Made by a program: the position numbers and the translations under genes
Assembly: GCA_964579265.1 (NCBI GenBank)
Contig: CAZOFO010000001.1
Location: 49,854-113,853, forward strand
Reading direction: 5' to 3'
Source: Candidatus Micrarchaeota archaeon
GTDB lineage: Archaea > B1Sed10-29
DNA: 64,000 bases
Notes under the pieces: generated by a model
What the model saw: the letters and a program-made list of their open reading frames with translations, nothing else
Database searches by the model: none
Told to the model about the DNA's origin: nothing
In this document: positions 1 through 9,126 of the stretch, one piece after another
How the letters are laid out: each line of letters starts with the position of its first letter
How positions within the stretch are numbered: position 1 is the first letter of the stretch

Positions 1-66
1 CGTTGTAGCTATAAATACATCCGAGTTCGAACTTCTTCCCTTTGATCTATTTTCTCCTACTATCAT
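1..66 (-). CDS. 5' end of an unidentified CDS running off the left edge (MIVGENRSKGRSSNSDVFIATT...)
   Basis: ATG at 66 on the minus strand, open frame to base 1, purine-rich AAGGGCGA just upstream; too short to identify. Confidence 0.35.
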   Translation of the reverse strand, partial: MIVGENRSKGRSSNSDVFIATT

Positions 67-329
67 CTAATCGCCCTTGGGGTGAGCCTGATTATCAAAC
101 TTCTTTAAGCCTTCAAAACTACTTAATTAAGCCGTCCTTTAAATAACTAACGAAACTATTGTAAAAAATCTACATAAATAAATAGAGTATAGATGGAAAA
201 AATGAACAATATGTAGATAAACACCTTTTTTATAACGAAATCCGTAATTTAATAGTCACTGTAAATACATCTAACAATATTAAATAACTACAAAAATAAA
301 GAAAAACAAAATTATTCTAGAAAATAGAA

Positions 330-402
330 GGGTCCGTGGTCTAGTGGCTATGACGTCGCCTTCACGAGGCGAAGTGCAGGAGTTCGAATCTCCTCGGACC
401 CA
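330..402 (+). tRNA. tRNA-Val(CAC)
   Basis: Cloverleaf: acceptor GGGTCCG/CGGACCC, anticodon arm TCGCC-TTCACGA-GGCGA, T arm AGGAG-TTCGAAT-CTCCT; no encoded CCA. Confidence 0.97.
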
Positions 403-545
403 TCAAAAACCAATTCAATTTTAAAAAATCATGATCCCCGAACGTTTCCGAATTGATAAAATCCACATCAAAACACGTAAAAATTACCTATATACTCTAT
501 CCTAAATTAAAAAAATCACTAAATGTTCAAAAATCGACTTAAAAA

Positions 546-561
546 CCCAAAGTTTTAAATA
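546..561 (+). promoter_or_regulatory. BRE/TATA promoter for the hairpin RNA at 593-633
   Basis: CCCAAAG followed by TTTTAAATA (553-561), about 30 nt upstream of the hairpin. Confidence 0.5.
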
Positions 562-584
562 GTTCCCCCCTCTCAAACTAAATA

Positions 585-654
585 ATTAAATCCCCAGCAT
601 GAACTGCTCCCCAAAGGGCAGGTAAATGCTGGGCTCTCCCTTCCCTTTTTTTTT
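585..654 (+). ncRNA. Putative small structured RNA upstream of the NYN nuclease gene
   Basis: GC-rich hairpin in AT-rich DNA: CCCAGCAT(593-600)/ATGCTGGG(626-633), internal loop GAA/GTAA, CTGCTC/GGGCAG, loop CCCAAA; upstream TATA and downstream T9 tract (646-654). Confidence 0.55.
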
Positions 655-775
655 CCACTAATTTTCAAAAACTAGTCCTTCTTCCCCAATCTAAAAAGTA
701 AGTCTGAAAAGTTCTAGAGCATCTATCGCAAGTTTTTTAAAGTTCAAAAGCCAAACATAAACAGGGTGAAGAGGA

Positions 776-1408
776 GTGACTCGAGCTATAATATATATAG
801 ACGGAAACAATTTCTACCATAATACCCAAAAAGAAGGGCTGAACCCCAACAAAATAGATTTCAGAAAACTAAGCAAACATGTCGCTCAATCATTTGATTG
901 CTCCTGGGAAGAGACCTATTACTACAACTCCATACCCAGCATAGATACGAATAAAGAAAAATACCATTCCCATCTAGGATTCCTCAATAGCTTGAGATAC
1001 CTACCTAAATTTACGGTTAGAACCAAAAAACTTCAAAAACCGTCGGAAGAAGAGATTCAAAGGAAGAAAAAGGATTTACTGGAAAGGACCGATATCTGCT
1101 ATGACTGCAGAACCGCGATAAAAGAAAAATACCAGAAACATTTAGAAGATCTCTCCAAAAAAGAAAAAGGAATAGACGTAGTGATAACCACAGATATGAT
1201 CAAAGAAGCATTGAAAAACAGGTATGATACCGCGATACTGATCACAGGAGACTCACAATTTATACCTGCACTAGAACTTATTGAAGAAGAAAATAAAAAA
1301 CCAGCAACATCATTCGTTTTCCAAGGATACGCAAATGAACTCAGAGATAAATTCGACTACCATGTACTAAAGAAAGAAGAATTAAAAGACTGCTACTACG
1401 AAGAATAA
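776..1408 (+). CDS. NYN domain (LabA/DUF88, PIN-like fold) ribonuclease
   Basis: IYIDGNNFY, YYY, KEKGIDV and ITGDSQF motifs; CxxC insertion (CYDC); own TATA (733-741) and GAGGA SD before the GTG start. Confidence 0.9.
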   Translation: MTRAIIYIDGNNFYHNTQKEGLNPNKIDFRKLSKHVAQSFDCSWEETYYYNSIPSIDTNKEKYHSHLGFLNSLRYLPKFTVRTKKLQKPSEEEIQRKKKDLLERTDICYDCRTAIKEKYQKHLEDLSKKEKGIDVVITTDMIKEALKNRYDTAILITGDSQFIPALELIEEENKKPATSFVFQGYANELRDKFDYHVLKKEELKDCYYEE

Positions 1409-1433
1409 TGATGTTTAAAAAAATAATCCAAAT

Positions 1434-1553
1434 GCTCCGATAGTCTAGTGGCCAAGGATTCGAGCCTCTCGTAAACTTTTAGAAAAAGTTTAATCAAAAA
1501 ATTCTAAAGTCTAGGGATAGCTCGAGACCCGGGTTCAAATCCCGGTCGGAGCA
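1434..1553 (+). tRNA. tRNA-Glu(CTC) with a 47-nt canonical intron (1472-1518, position 37/38)
   Basis: Acceptor GCTCCGA/TCGGAGC; anticodon stem CGAGC/GCTCG restored by removing the intron; BHB central helix CTCT/AGGG with 3-nt bulges. Confidence 0.95.
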
Positions 1554-1677
1554 TCTTGATCTTTTATCTCAATATCCTGAAAAATATTAATTTTAATTAC
1601 AAAAATTCCCAATTCTGATGCTAATCAAAAACAGATTCAGTAAATTTTAAATACTTCGAGTACTTACTTTTACAGGC

Positions 1678-2139
1678 ATGTACCCCAGAAAAGAAATAGA
1701 TGAAAAAGACATAGAAATAATAAAAGAACTCCGGCAAGAAGGCAGAGCTAGTTACAGGGAAATAGCTGAAAAACTAGATGTTTCCCCCGGAACAGTAAGA
1801 AACAGAATAAACGAACTCGAAGAAGAAGGAATAATAAAAGGATACCACGCAGTAGTGGACTGGGATAAACTAGGTTATGAAGTAGCTGCAATAATAGGTA
1901 TAGAGATAAAATCACGTTCTCTTGACCAATTAACAGAAAAACTAAAATCCATCCCAAACGTTTACGCGGTTTACACTACCACCGGACAGTACGACTTATT
2001 CATAGGATTCAAATGCAAGTCAATGCAGGAACTAGATGAATTCGTAAAGAACGAATTAGCCCATCCCTCAATAGCTAAAACAACTACATTCATAATACTC
2101 GACGAAGAAAAAGAAGCCAGAACATTCCTCGAAGATTGA
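1678..2139 (+). CDS. Lrp/AsnC family transcriptional regulator
   Basis: N-terminal HTH (IDEKDIEII..GRASYREIAEKLDVSPGTVRNRINELEEEGII) plus RAM domain (TTGQYD); TATA about 25 nt before ATG suggests a leaderless mRNA. Confidence 0.95.
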   Translation: MYPRKEIDEKDIEIIKELRQEGRASYREIAEKLDVSPGTVRNRINELEEEGIIKGYHAVVDWDKLGYEVAAIIGIEIKSRSLDQLTEKLKSIPNVYAVYTTTGQYDLFIGFKCKSMQELDEFVKNELAHPSIAKTTTFIILDEEKEARTFLED

Positions 2140-2255
2140 AAAATCTACAAAAAATAATCCTCTACCTACAAACACTAGTTCTTTTAAAAGATAAGTTCTT
2201 TCTATTTCTAAAGGAAAATCTTGTACTCAATAAAAAGCAGTGAGAAAAAGATAAA

Positions 2256-3725
2256 ATGATCAAAATAAAATTCGAAGACGTCAAAGTAATATTCAGAGAC
2301 CTCGGAGAAGTAATGATGTACTTCTCCTCAGCCTTTCTCCTTCCAATAATAGTTTCACTTATCTACAGAGAAGGATCAAATGAACTAATCTACTATCTAG
2401 CCCCTGCTATACTTACTTTCACTTTCGGTCTACTACTAAACAGAGTTTTCCACACAAATAAAGATACCGAGAAGACCCACGCCTTCAGCATGGTTGTCAT
2501 AGCCTGGTTCATCCTACCTCTTTCAGGAGCAGTACCCTACATGCTCTACGGAGTACCTTCTGGAAGCGCTTACTTCGATTCCGTTTCAGCATTCACTACT
2601 ACAGGGTTAACACCACTTAGAGAACAAGGAGCTTATCCCGCTAGCTTAATGTTCTGGAGAAGCACACAAGCCTGGATAGGAGGAGCAGGAATAATAGTTC
2701 TAGCACTAGTAGGAATATTCGCATATATAAAATCCTACCAGCTATACAAAGCAGAAGGAAGAGAAGAAAGGCTAAGACCCAGTATTAAAGGAACTGTGAA
2801 AAGGATATGGTGGATATATATAGTTCTAACTTCAATAGGAGTATTATTGCTACTAATATCAGGATTAACTCCTTTCCAGTCAGTAAATTATTCAATGAGC
2901 GCTATAAGCACCAATGGAATGGATATGGCGTGGATGCAACTTGAAGAGATGAATAACTTAGGGGCTGAAATATCAATAGCTATCATAATGCTTCTAGGAT
3001 CATTCTCATTCTACATACACTACCAGTTCCTGAAGAAAAAATGGAGGTCCTACCTCGGAGATATACAGGTTAAACTAACCATAATACTCCTCCTATTAGG
3101 AGCAATGGTTACCCTACCTCAATTCATGTCCATGTACGGATCCGCAGACGGAGTAAGGTACTCACTATTCCACTCAACTTCAGCGATAACTGCAGGAGGA
3201 TTCCATTCGGTTTCAGGAGTTGAATGGACGGAAGGCATCAAGATCACTCTTGGCCTACTCATGGTGGTAGGAGGATCGGCCGGATCGACCGCAGGAGGAC
3301 TTAAAATAATAAGGTTCTGGATATTCCTCAAATCCATATACTGGAAGATAAAAGAATACGCTTTGCCTGAAAGAGCACACTTCTCAAGGAAAATAGAAGG
3401 AAGAGAAACCTCAGACAAACAATTAAGAACTACATATCTATTTATATTGCTCTATATATTATTCATAGTTCTCGGTGGACTAGTAATAACGCTTTCAGAG
3501 CCAGGGGTATCTTCAGGAGATGCTCTAGTAGCCACCTCCTCATCACAAGGTAACGCGGGTCTCATGATAGGAGTAGTGGAACCGGGAATGAGAAATGTAA
3601 CCAAGGCGGTACTAGTCTTCAACATGGTGGTGGGCAGAATAGAAATAATACCAGTGCTACACGCAATAGGGTTCCTGCTCAGATATAAAAAGACCCCTTC
3701 CCTAAAAAAATCAAGAAAGATTTGA
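2256..3725 (+). CDS. trkH: Trk system potassium uptake membrane protein TrkH
   Basis: Polytopic membrane protein with four pore-loop motifs (SAFTTTG, SAISTNG, SAITAGG, SSQGNAG), QAWIGGAG and GGSAGSTAGGLK. Confidence 0.95.
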   Translation: MIKIKFEDVKVIFRDLGEVMMYFSSAFLLPIIVSLIYREGSNELIYYLAPAILTFTFGLLLNRVFHTNKDTEKTHAFSMVVIAWFILPLSGAVPYMLYGVPSGSAYFDSVSAFTTTGLTPLREQGAYPASLMFWRSTQAWIGGAGIIVLALVGIFAYIKSYQLYKAEGREERLRPSIKGTVKRIWWIYIVLTSIGVLLLLISGLTPFQSVNYSMSAISTNGMDMAWMQLEEMNNLGAEISIAIIMLLGSFSFYIHYQFLKKKWRSYLGDIQVKLTIILLLLGAMVTLPQFMSMYGSADGVRYSLFHSTSAITAGGFHSVSGVEWTEGIKITLGLLMVVGGSAGSTAGGLKIIRFWIFLKSIYWKIKEYALPERAHFSRKIEGRETSDKQLRTTYLFILLYILFIVLGGLVITLSEPGVSSGDALVATSSSQGNAGLMIGVVEPGMRNVTKAVLVFNMVVGRIEIIPVLHAIGFLLRYKKTPSLKKSRKI

Positions 3726-3776
3726 ATAAAATCAACTGAATAAAAAACTTTAGAATAACATTAAAAAGGTGATTAA

Positions 3777-4427
3777 ATGTACATCGTTGTAATAGGTGCA
3801 GGAAAAATAGGAAGACATCTCACAAGAATATTGATAGAAGAAGGACACGACGTAGTAGTAGTGGACCGAGATGGAGACGTATGTCATGAAGTAGCATCCG
3901 AATACGAAGCACTAACAATAAGAGGAAATGCAACAAGACCAAACGTACTAGAAGACGCAGGTATAGGAGAAGCTGACTCTGTAATATCTTTAACAGGAAC
4001 TGACGAAACCAATCTAGTAGTCGGAATGATAGCCAAACAAATGGGAGCAAAAGAAGTAGGAATAAGACTAGGAGCAACACACTACGACGAAGAAGTTCTC
4101 CATAGATTAGGGATAGACAGAGCTATTTATCCAGAAGCTAACGCTGCAGGATACATATCTCAAATTATTACAAAGCCAGAAGTAGTAAGTTTATCATTCC
4201 TAGAAAAAGGAGAAGCAGTAATACTTGAACTAGAACCTACAGAAGGATCAGAGATAGCAAATGAAAAGGTAAAAAAAGCAGAAAAGCCAGAAGAAGCTTC
4301 AGTAGTAGCTATATATGAAGACGATAAACTAGTGATACCAACACCTGAAACAGAAATAAAACCAGGACAAAAAGTACTAATGCTAACAAGAAAAGAAAAA
4401 ACAAGCGAAGTTGAAAAACTGGCTTGA
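3777..4427 (+). CDS. trkA: Trk system NAD-binding regulatory protein TrkA
   Basis: RCK-N Rossmann motif (VIGAGKIG, DETN) plus RCK-C; follows trkH. Confidence 0.95.
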   Translation: MYIVVIGAGKIGRHLTRILIEEGHDVVVVDRDGDVCHEVASEYEALTIRGNATRPNVLEDAGIGEADSVISLTGTDETNLVVGMIAKQMGAKEVGIRLGATHYDEEVLHRLGIDRAIYPEANAAGYISQIITKPEVVSLSFLEKGEAVILELEPTEGSEIANEKVKKAEKPEEASVVAIYEDDKLVIPTPETEIKPGQKVLMLTRKEKTSEVEKLA

Positions 4428-4496
4428 AAAAACTTCTGGAAAAGACCAAGCTCTAAAAATATCGATAGAAACAATCAAAAGAAGAGGCGATAAAAT

Positions 4497-4979
4497 ATGA
4501 CCGAAGATACACTAGTTAATGAAGGAGACGAAATCAAGTTTCACGGAAAGATAGGAGACTGGGTATGCGTTAAAAAAGGAAAATTCAAAGAAGACACCGA
4601 TCCAATGGAAGTAGCTAAACTTCTTGCCAGTGTATACGACTCTTTCAAAAGAAAAATATGGGACTATGTTGGAACAGGGATAGATCTAGAAGAACTCGAT
4701 CAAATCGCCTACGATATCACAGGAGCAGAGTACGATGAAGATGAAGATGAATACAGAATAAAAGGAAGAATAAGCAATGACCAGATAACTCAAGCACTTC
4801 AAGATCTGAAAAATAAAGTTCCAAGAAGAATAGATATAGAAAACAGCGAATTAAGAGAAGTAGCAAAGACTTACGTCACCAGAAAAACACTGGAATTGCT
4901 AAAAATAAGAATAGAGCCCGACCCAGATAACTTCGAAGACTACCTTGAAAAAAAGAGAAAAGGAATGATTCAAGAGTAA
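4497..4979 (+). CDS. DUF2666-like archaeal protein
   Basis: IKFHGKIGDWVCVKK...TDPMEVAKLLAS resembles the DUF2666 N-terminus (recognised by eye). Confidence 0.6.
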   Translation: MTEDTLVNEGDEIKFHGKIGDWVCVKKGKFKEDTDPMEVAKLLASVYDSFKRKIWDYVGTGIDLEELDQIAYDITGAEYDEDEDEYRIKGRISNDQITQALQDLKNKVPRRIDIENSELREVAKTYVTRKTLELLKIRIEPDPDNFEDYLEKKRKGMIQE

Positions 4980-5053
4980 CCGGTAAATAACTGGAAAAAA
5001 CAAAGAAGATATAACTCTCTCTGACAAAAATAGTTACACGATTCAAAGGTAAA

Positions 5054-5126
5054 GGGGTCATAGGGTAGCCTGGTATCCTACCGGCTTTGGGTGCCGGTGA
5101 CCTGAGTTCAAATCTCAGTGACCCCA
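5054..5126 (+). tRNA. tRNA-Pro(TGG)
   Basis: Acceptor GGGGTCA/TGACCCC, anticodon arm CCGGC-TTTGGGT-GCCGG, T arm CTGAG-TTCAAAT-CTCAG. Confidence 0.97.
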
Positions 5127-5162
5127 TTTCAATTTGAAAAATTAAGCTTTATTTCAGTATTT

Positions 5163-5248
5163 GCAGGGGTGGCGGAGCCCGGTCAAACGCGTGGGACTTA
5201 AGATCCCATGGCTTAGTGCCTTCAAGGGTTCGAATCCCTTTCCCTGCA
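5163..5248 (+). tRNA. tRNA-Leu(TAA)
   Basis: Acceptor GCAGGGG/TCCCTGC, anticodon arm TGGGA-CTTAAGA-TCCCA, long variable arm, T arm AAGGG-TTCGAAT-CCCTT. Confidence 0.97.
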
Positions 5249-5280
5249 TATAATATACTGCAGAGGATCTTCTAAGGTAT

Positions 5281-5697
5281 TCATTCCCAACATACTATTA
5301 GTTTAGAACTAGTTTCAATTTCCCCTGGATCTCTAACTTCTATATTAAATTCCCATGCTTCTCCTGAAGAATTCAAAGGAGTCATAGCTTTATCTAAATC
5401 CACATCACAGTCTTCAGGTTCTGCTTCATCCCAATCAACATCTAATTCTATCCCCCTGGTTCTGCTTGATTTCTCCATTCTTTCAAACGATTTTTCAAAT
5501 CTGGTGGTGTTATAGGGATCTGTCTTCACTAGGCTTATCATCTCTTTTTCAACGTTTTTTCTTACGGTTGTGGTGGGATTTGTTTCTATGTAATCGGATT
5601 TTCTCTCTAGTTCGAGGTGAGGAACAAAGGAAAGTATTCCTGATAGAGCAAATCCTATCATTACTACAGTTATTATGAATAGCTGTCCTTTTTTCAT
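5281..5697 (-). CDS. Pilin-like protein (class III signal peptide)
   Basis: MKKG/QLFIITVVM followed by a hydrophobic helix; last gene of the pilus operon. Confidence 0.75.
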   Translation of the reverse strand: MKKGQLFIITVVMIGFALSGILSFVPHLELERKSDYIETNPTTTVRKNVEKEMISLVKTDPYNTTRFEKSFERMEKSSRTRGIELDVDWDEAEPEDCDVDLDKAMTPLNSSGEAWEFNIEVRDPGEIETSSKLIVCWE

Positions 5698-6452
5698 TTA
5701 TTCCACACTCCTACTACTACTTTTTTCGGATCGTAGTTAGGTTTTACTCTGGTAATGTTTAGTTCGACTTTGTTGTAGGAAGTTTCTACATCGGGACCTA
5801 GAGTTACTTTGTATTCGTTTTCAGCGTCTGGCAGGTAGTCAGTTATATTTAATGTTTTCTCTTCTGATTCCTCTTCTGAAAAACTCAGTGTACCTGCTTC
5901 TATTTTTTCAGTTTCATTTTCCACTAGAATCGATGTTTCTCCTTCTCCAGTCTGTGTGGCTTCTACAATCAGGATATTTTTCTTTCCTCTTTCATTTTTA
6001 TCTACATCGAATTTTACTTCTTCCTCTTCCCCCTCTGATAGTAATAAGTTCTCTATACCTGTTTTTACTGTATTTATATCTTCTTGAGTATGTGTATTTA
6101 CTATGCAGCTGCTGGTGGCCACTGTTTTTTCCTCAGGAAATTCTCCGGATTTTCCAACTAAATTTTGAAGATAGCTTCCGTTATATATTTTTACATTTGA
6201 CCCTAAGCCTTTTGGAGTCAATCCTTCTATCTCCGGGACTTCCCCTTCCTCAACCAGGCTCTCTCTTATTAGGTTATTGTTACATAGTGATAGTGATATG
6301 CTTTCTGATTGTCTTTTTAACCTTGGTGTGTTGTAGGGGTCTGTATAGCTTGGTGTTGATGTGATTTGCACTGATGCTAGAAAAAGTGTCAATAGGTGTA
6401 TTGCTAGAAATGCTTCTATTGTTCTTATTAATCCTTTTTTCATTTTTTTCAC
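5694..6452 (-). CDS. Pilin-like protein (class III signal peptide)
   Basis: MKKG/LIRTIEAFLAI N-terminus; overlaps the next gene by 4 bp. Confidence 0.75.
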   Translation of the reverse strand: MKKMKKGLIRTIEAFLAIHLLTLFLASVQITSTPSYTDPYNTPRLKRQSESISLSLCNNNLIRESLVEEGEVPEIEGLTPKGLGSNVKIYNGSYLQNLVGKSGEFPEEKTVATSSCIVNTHTQEDINTVKTGIENLLLSEGEEEEVKFDVDKNERGKKNILIVEATQTGEGETSILVENETEKIEAGTLSFSEEESEEKTLNITDYLPDAENEYKVTLGPDVETSYNKVELNITRVKPNYDPKKVVVGVWNK

Positions 6453-6455
6453 CTA

Positions 6456-6941
6456 TTACCATGTTTGAATTTCTATTTCAGATTCTCTATATTCTTCTCC
6501 TGTCCATATATAGCTTCTTGTTCTTTTTGTTCTTGCTCCTGCTGTTTCATTTGCTTGGCATTTATATGTTTTATCGCTTTCTATTTCGCTTACTTTGATC
6601 TTTAAAGAAGTTTCTACAGGTATTTTTTCCTCTAGTTCACTGCATCTTGTCTGATTTATCTCTTCTAATTTTTGAAGGTCCAGGATATGTGGATTGTTCC
6701 CTTCTTCGTAGTACGTTAGTCCTAGTTCCTGAACTTGGTTTATGCTGCTCCAGTTTCTAGGTTTTCCAGGGTTTTGGGTAATTGTTTGAGATATTAATAT
6801 ATTTTCAATCTGGTCTGGATCTCTTTGAGTTCTTAAAGTATCTAAAGGATATGCTGAAGCTCGCATGGCTATTATATATCCTGTTATAAATATCATTACA
6901 GCTATTATGAAGTCATAGGTCATTATTCCTTTTTCATTCAT
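6456..6941 (-). CDS. Pilin-like protein (class III signal peptide)
   Basis: MNEKG/IMTYDFIIAVMIF; PGKPRNW..LGL motif seen in archaeal minor pilin-like proteins. Confidence 0.75.
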   Translation of the reverse strand: MNEKGIMTYDFIIAVMIFITGYIIAMRASAYPLDTLRTQRDPDQIENILISQTITQNPGKPRNWSSINQVQELGLTYYEEGNNPHILDLQKLEEINQTRCSELEEKIPVETSLKIKVSEIESDKTYKCQANETAGARTKRTRSYIWTGEEYRESEIEIQTW

Positions 6942-6977
6942 CTCTTGGTTTCCCCTCCTTCCTTAGATTTATTTTAT

Positions 6978-8219
6978 TTATCCTACAGGAGAACCAGCTG
7001 CCTGAGCATCTGGTGATTCTCCGATTATTATCTGATATTGGTTTTCCGGCATTGCTTTTACTCTTGCTCCCACTGAAGAACTTTCTCTTACTTCTATTTT
7101 TTCTGCAGTAACGTCTAATTTGTTCTCTCTACAGGGTTCACAATTCATTTGCACGAAGATAATATCTTCACTTTCTATATTTCTTAAGGGATCTATATCT
7201 TCTTCTGCTGCTATCTCTCTAACTTTTTCTGCTATTTCTTCGGTGGTTACGTCTTCTCCTATTGTGTATACTGCTTGTCCTGATTCTTCGTCTACTGCTC
7301 CTGGAGCTATTACTGTTATTTCTTCTGATATTGATCTGGTGAATGGTGGTGGGGCTAGGAAGAATTGGAAAAGTATTGTGGTTATTATTACTAGTATGAC
7401 GGAGTGTTTGACTCCTGAGAGTATTGATCCTTCTCCCATTTGACCTGCTATTAGTCCTGCGAAGAATCCTTGCACTAGTGATAAGTGGAAGAAGTAGGTT
7501 TGGAAGTCTTGTGGTGATAAGTCGGTGGGTGTACCTCCTACTACTTCTGCAGCCTGGTTGAGGTCTGGTGTTGCTGGTATAAAGGATACTGTAAGGGCTG
7601 CTATTATTCCTAGGAATAGGAAGAATATTAGGTATATTGATATGGTGTATACTCTTAATTTGCTTTCTCTCTGTTTTTTCATTCTTTCTATCGATTTTAT
7701 GTCTCCTGCGACTGTTTTCAGGGCTTTTGCTATGTCTCCTCCTGATCTGTGGCTTTCTATTATAACGGTTATTGCTTTTTTAGCTAGGTAGCTATCGTTT
7801 CTTTCTATGAATTTTTCCATGGCTTCTTCAAATGGTACTCCCCAGCTTATTTGGTTTGCTGTTTTTTCCATCTCTTCGGATAGTGCTCCGTAGCTTCCTT
7901 TTGTAGATGTTTCCAGAGCTTTTGGTAGAGTTAAGCCTGAGTTGATTGCTTCTGAAACGTCTCTTAGGTAGTCGGGGAGGTATTTTTCTATCTGTCTTAT
8001 TCTTCTGTATTTCCAGTACCTGTAAAAAGTGTAGGGAAGTCCAATTAGCATTATTGAGAGTATTGTTATTGTTTGGAAGTATTCTGTACCTGCTAGAGTT
8101 ACTACTGACAATATTAGGGCTATCATTCCGATTATTGTTATAAGAATAGTTATTTTTTCAGTCCTCTCAAGGTCTTTTATTTCTCTTTTTAAAGATTTTT
8201 TAAATTCCATTTTTGACAC
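6978..8219 (-). CDS. Type II secretion F / TadC-like pilus platform protein with C-terminal extension
   Basis: IEKYLPDYLRDVSEAINSG, YGALSEE, SGGDI and AGQMGEGS motifs; true start probably ATG 8210. Confidence 0.9.
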   Translation of the reverse strand: MSKMEFKKSLKREIKDLERTEKITILITIIGMIALILSVVTLAGTEYFQTITILSIMLIGLPYTFYRYWKYRRIRQIEKYLPDYLRDVSEAINSGLTLPKALETSTKGSYGALSEEMEKTANQISWGVPFEEAMEKFIERNDSYLAKKAITVIIESHRSGGDIAKALKTVAGDIKSIERMKKQRESKLRVYTISIYLIFFLFLGIIAALTVSFIPATPDLNQAAEVVGGTPTDLSPQDFQTYFFHLSLVQGFFAGLIAGQMGEGSILSGVKHSVILVIITTILFQFFLAPPPFTRSISEEITVIAPGAVDEESGQAVYTIGEDVTTEEIAEKVREIAAEEDIDPLRNIESEDIIFVQMNCEPCRENKLDVTAEKIEVRESSSVGARVKAMPENQYQIIIGESPDAQAAGSPVG

Positions 8220-8228
8220 TTATTTTTA

Positions 8229-9125
8229 CTATGCTCCTGTTTCCGGTTTGCTTCCTTTTAACATTATTATGAATAGTATTGATAGTATTGGGAGTAGAAT
8301 ATAGATTAATAAAGTAAATAGGTCTCTTAGAGGTATTGGTAGTCCTCCCATGGTTCCCATTATAGTAATCATTATTACTGCGAGTACTGGTCCCGCTACG
8401 AATACGGTTGTGTATACTTCAGCCATTATTTCCAATGAATCTATGTATTCTCTTTGTTTATCTTTGTGTTCTTCCATGTACTGGGTTGATTTTTCAAATA
8501 AGTAGTCTCTAGTGTTTCCTCCTGTTCTTTCTATTGATACTAGTCCCCATAACATATCTTTAAATTTCGGGGAAGGTGTTTGTCTTGCTGCTTCTGCTAT
8601 TGCTGTGACTGTATCGTATCCGAATACTTCTATATTTCTTGATATTCTTTTGCATTCTTCTGATAGTTTTCCATATTCTTCGAATTCTCCTACTGTTTTG
8701 AAGACTTGGTATAGAGGTATTCCTGCTCCGGCTGTAGTTGCCATGTGTCCGGCAGCGTACGGGATGTGTTTTTCGATCTCTTCTCTTATCCTATCCAGAC
8801 GGTACGAGGGGTATATAACGAAAGCTATGAACACTCCGGCTATATAGAGCATGGAAAGAGTTATTGTAAGTAGGGCTAGGATTATTCCTGTCATCTCCAG
8901 TATTTGTGTTAATAGAAAATAGAAGAAGGTTATTGCTAGGGGGGTGGTTATCATTATGGTGAATATTGCTGTTGATATGTATTCTTCTATTGTTACGTAT
9001 ATCCTGGCTCTTTGTAGTGTTGGTTTTAATGGTTTCATTGTGTCTTTGAGCCATTCTATATCTAGTACTCCTATTTTTTTCATTATCTTATAGGCTAGGA
9101 TCCTGTACTGTTTTGGAAGGAACAT
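8229..9125 (-). CDS. Type II secretion F / TadB-TadC-like pilus platform protein
   Basis: IEKHIPYAAGHM, YGKLSEE, TPSPKFKDML, TGGN motifs with TM helices. Confidence 0.9.
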   Translation of the reverse strand: MFLPKQYRILAYKIMKKIGVLDIEWLKDTMKPLKPTLQRARIYVTIEEYISTAIFTIMITTPLAITFFYFLLTQILEMTGIILALLTITLSMLYIAGVFIAFVIYPSYRLDRIREEIEKHIPYAAGHMATTAGAGIPLYQVFKTVGEFEEYGKLSEECKRISRNIEVFGYDTVTAIAEAARQTPSPKFKDMLWGLVSIERTGGNTRDYLFEKSTQYMEEHKDKQREYIDSLEIMAEVYTTVFVAGPVLAVIMITIMGTMGGLPIPLRDLFTLLIYILLPILSILFIIMLKGSKPETGA

Positions 9126-9126
9126 T

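Noticed and set aside
431..505. 24-codon ORF after tRNA-Val
   Set aside because: No SD or recognisable motif; too short to support
593..633. Hairpin as an archaeal SECIS element
   Set aside because: It has a GAA bulge, but the opposite strand is GUAA rather than a single A, it is not in a 3' UTR, and no in-frame UGA selenoprotein is apparent nearby
403..1433. NYN cassette as a tRNA-integrated element
   Set aside because: No duplicated tRNA 3' end (att site) and no integrase seen
4876..5127. 83-aa minus-strand ORF (likewise 56355-56570)
   Set aside because: These overlap tRNA genes and are shadow ORFs
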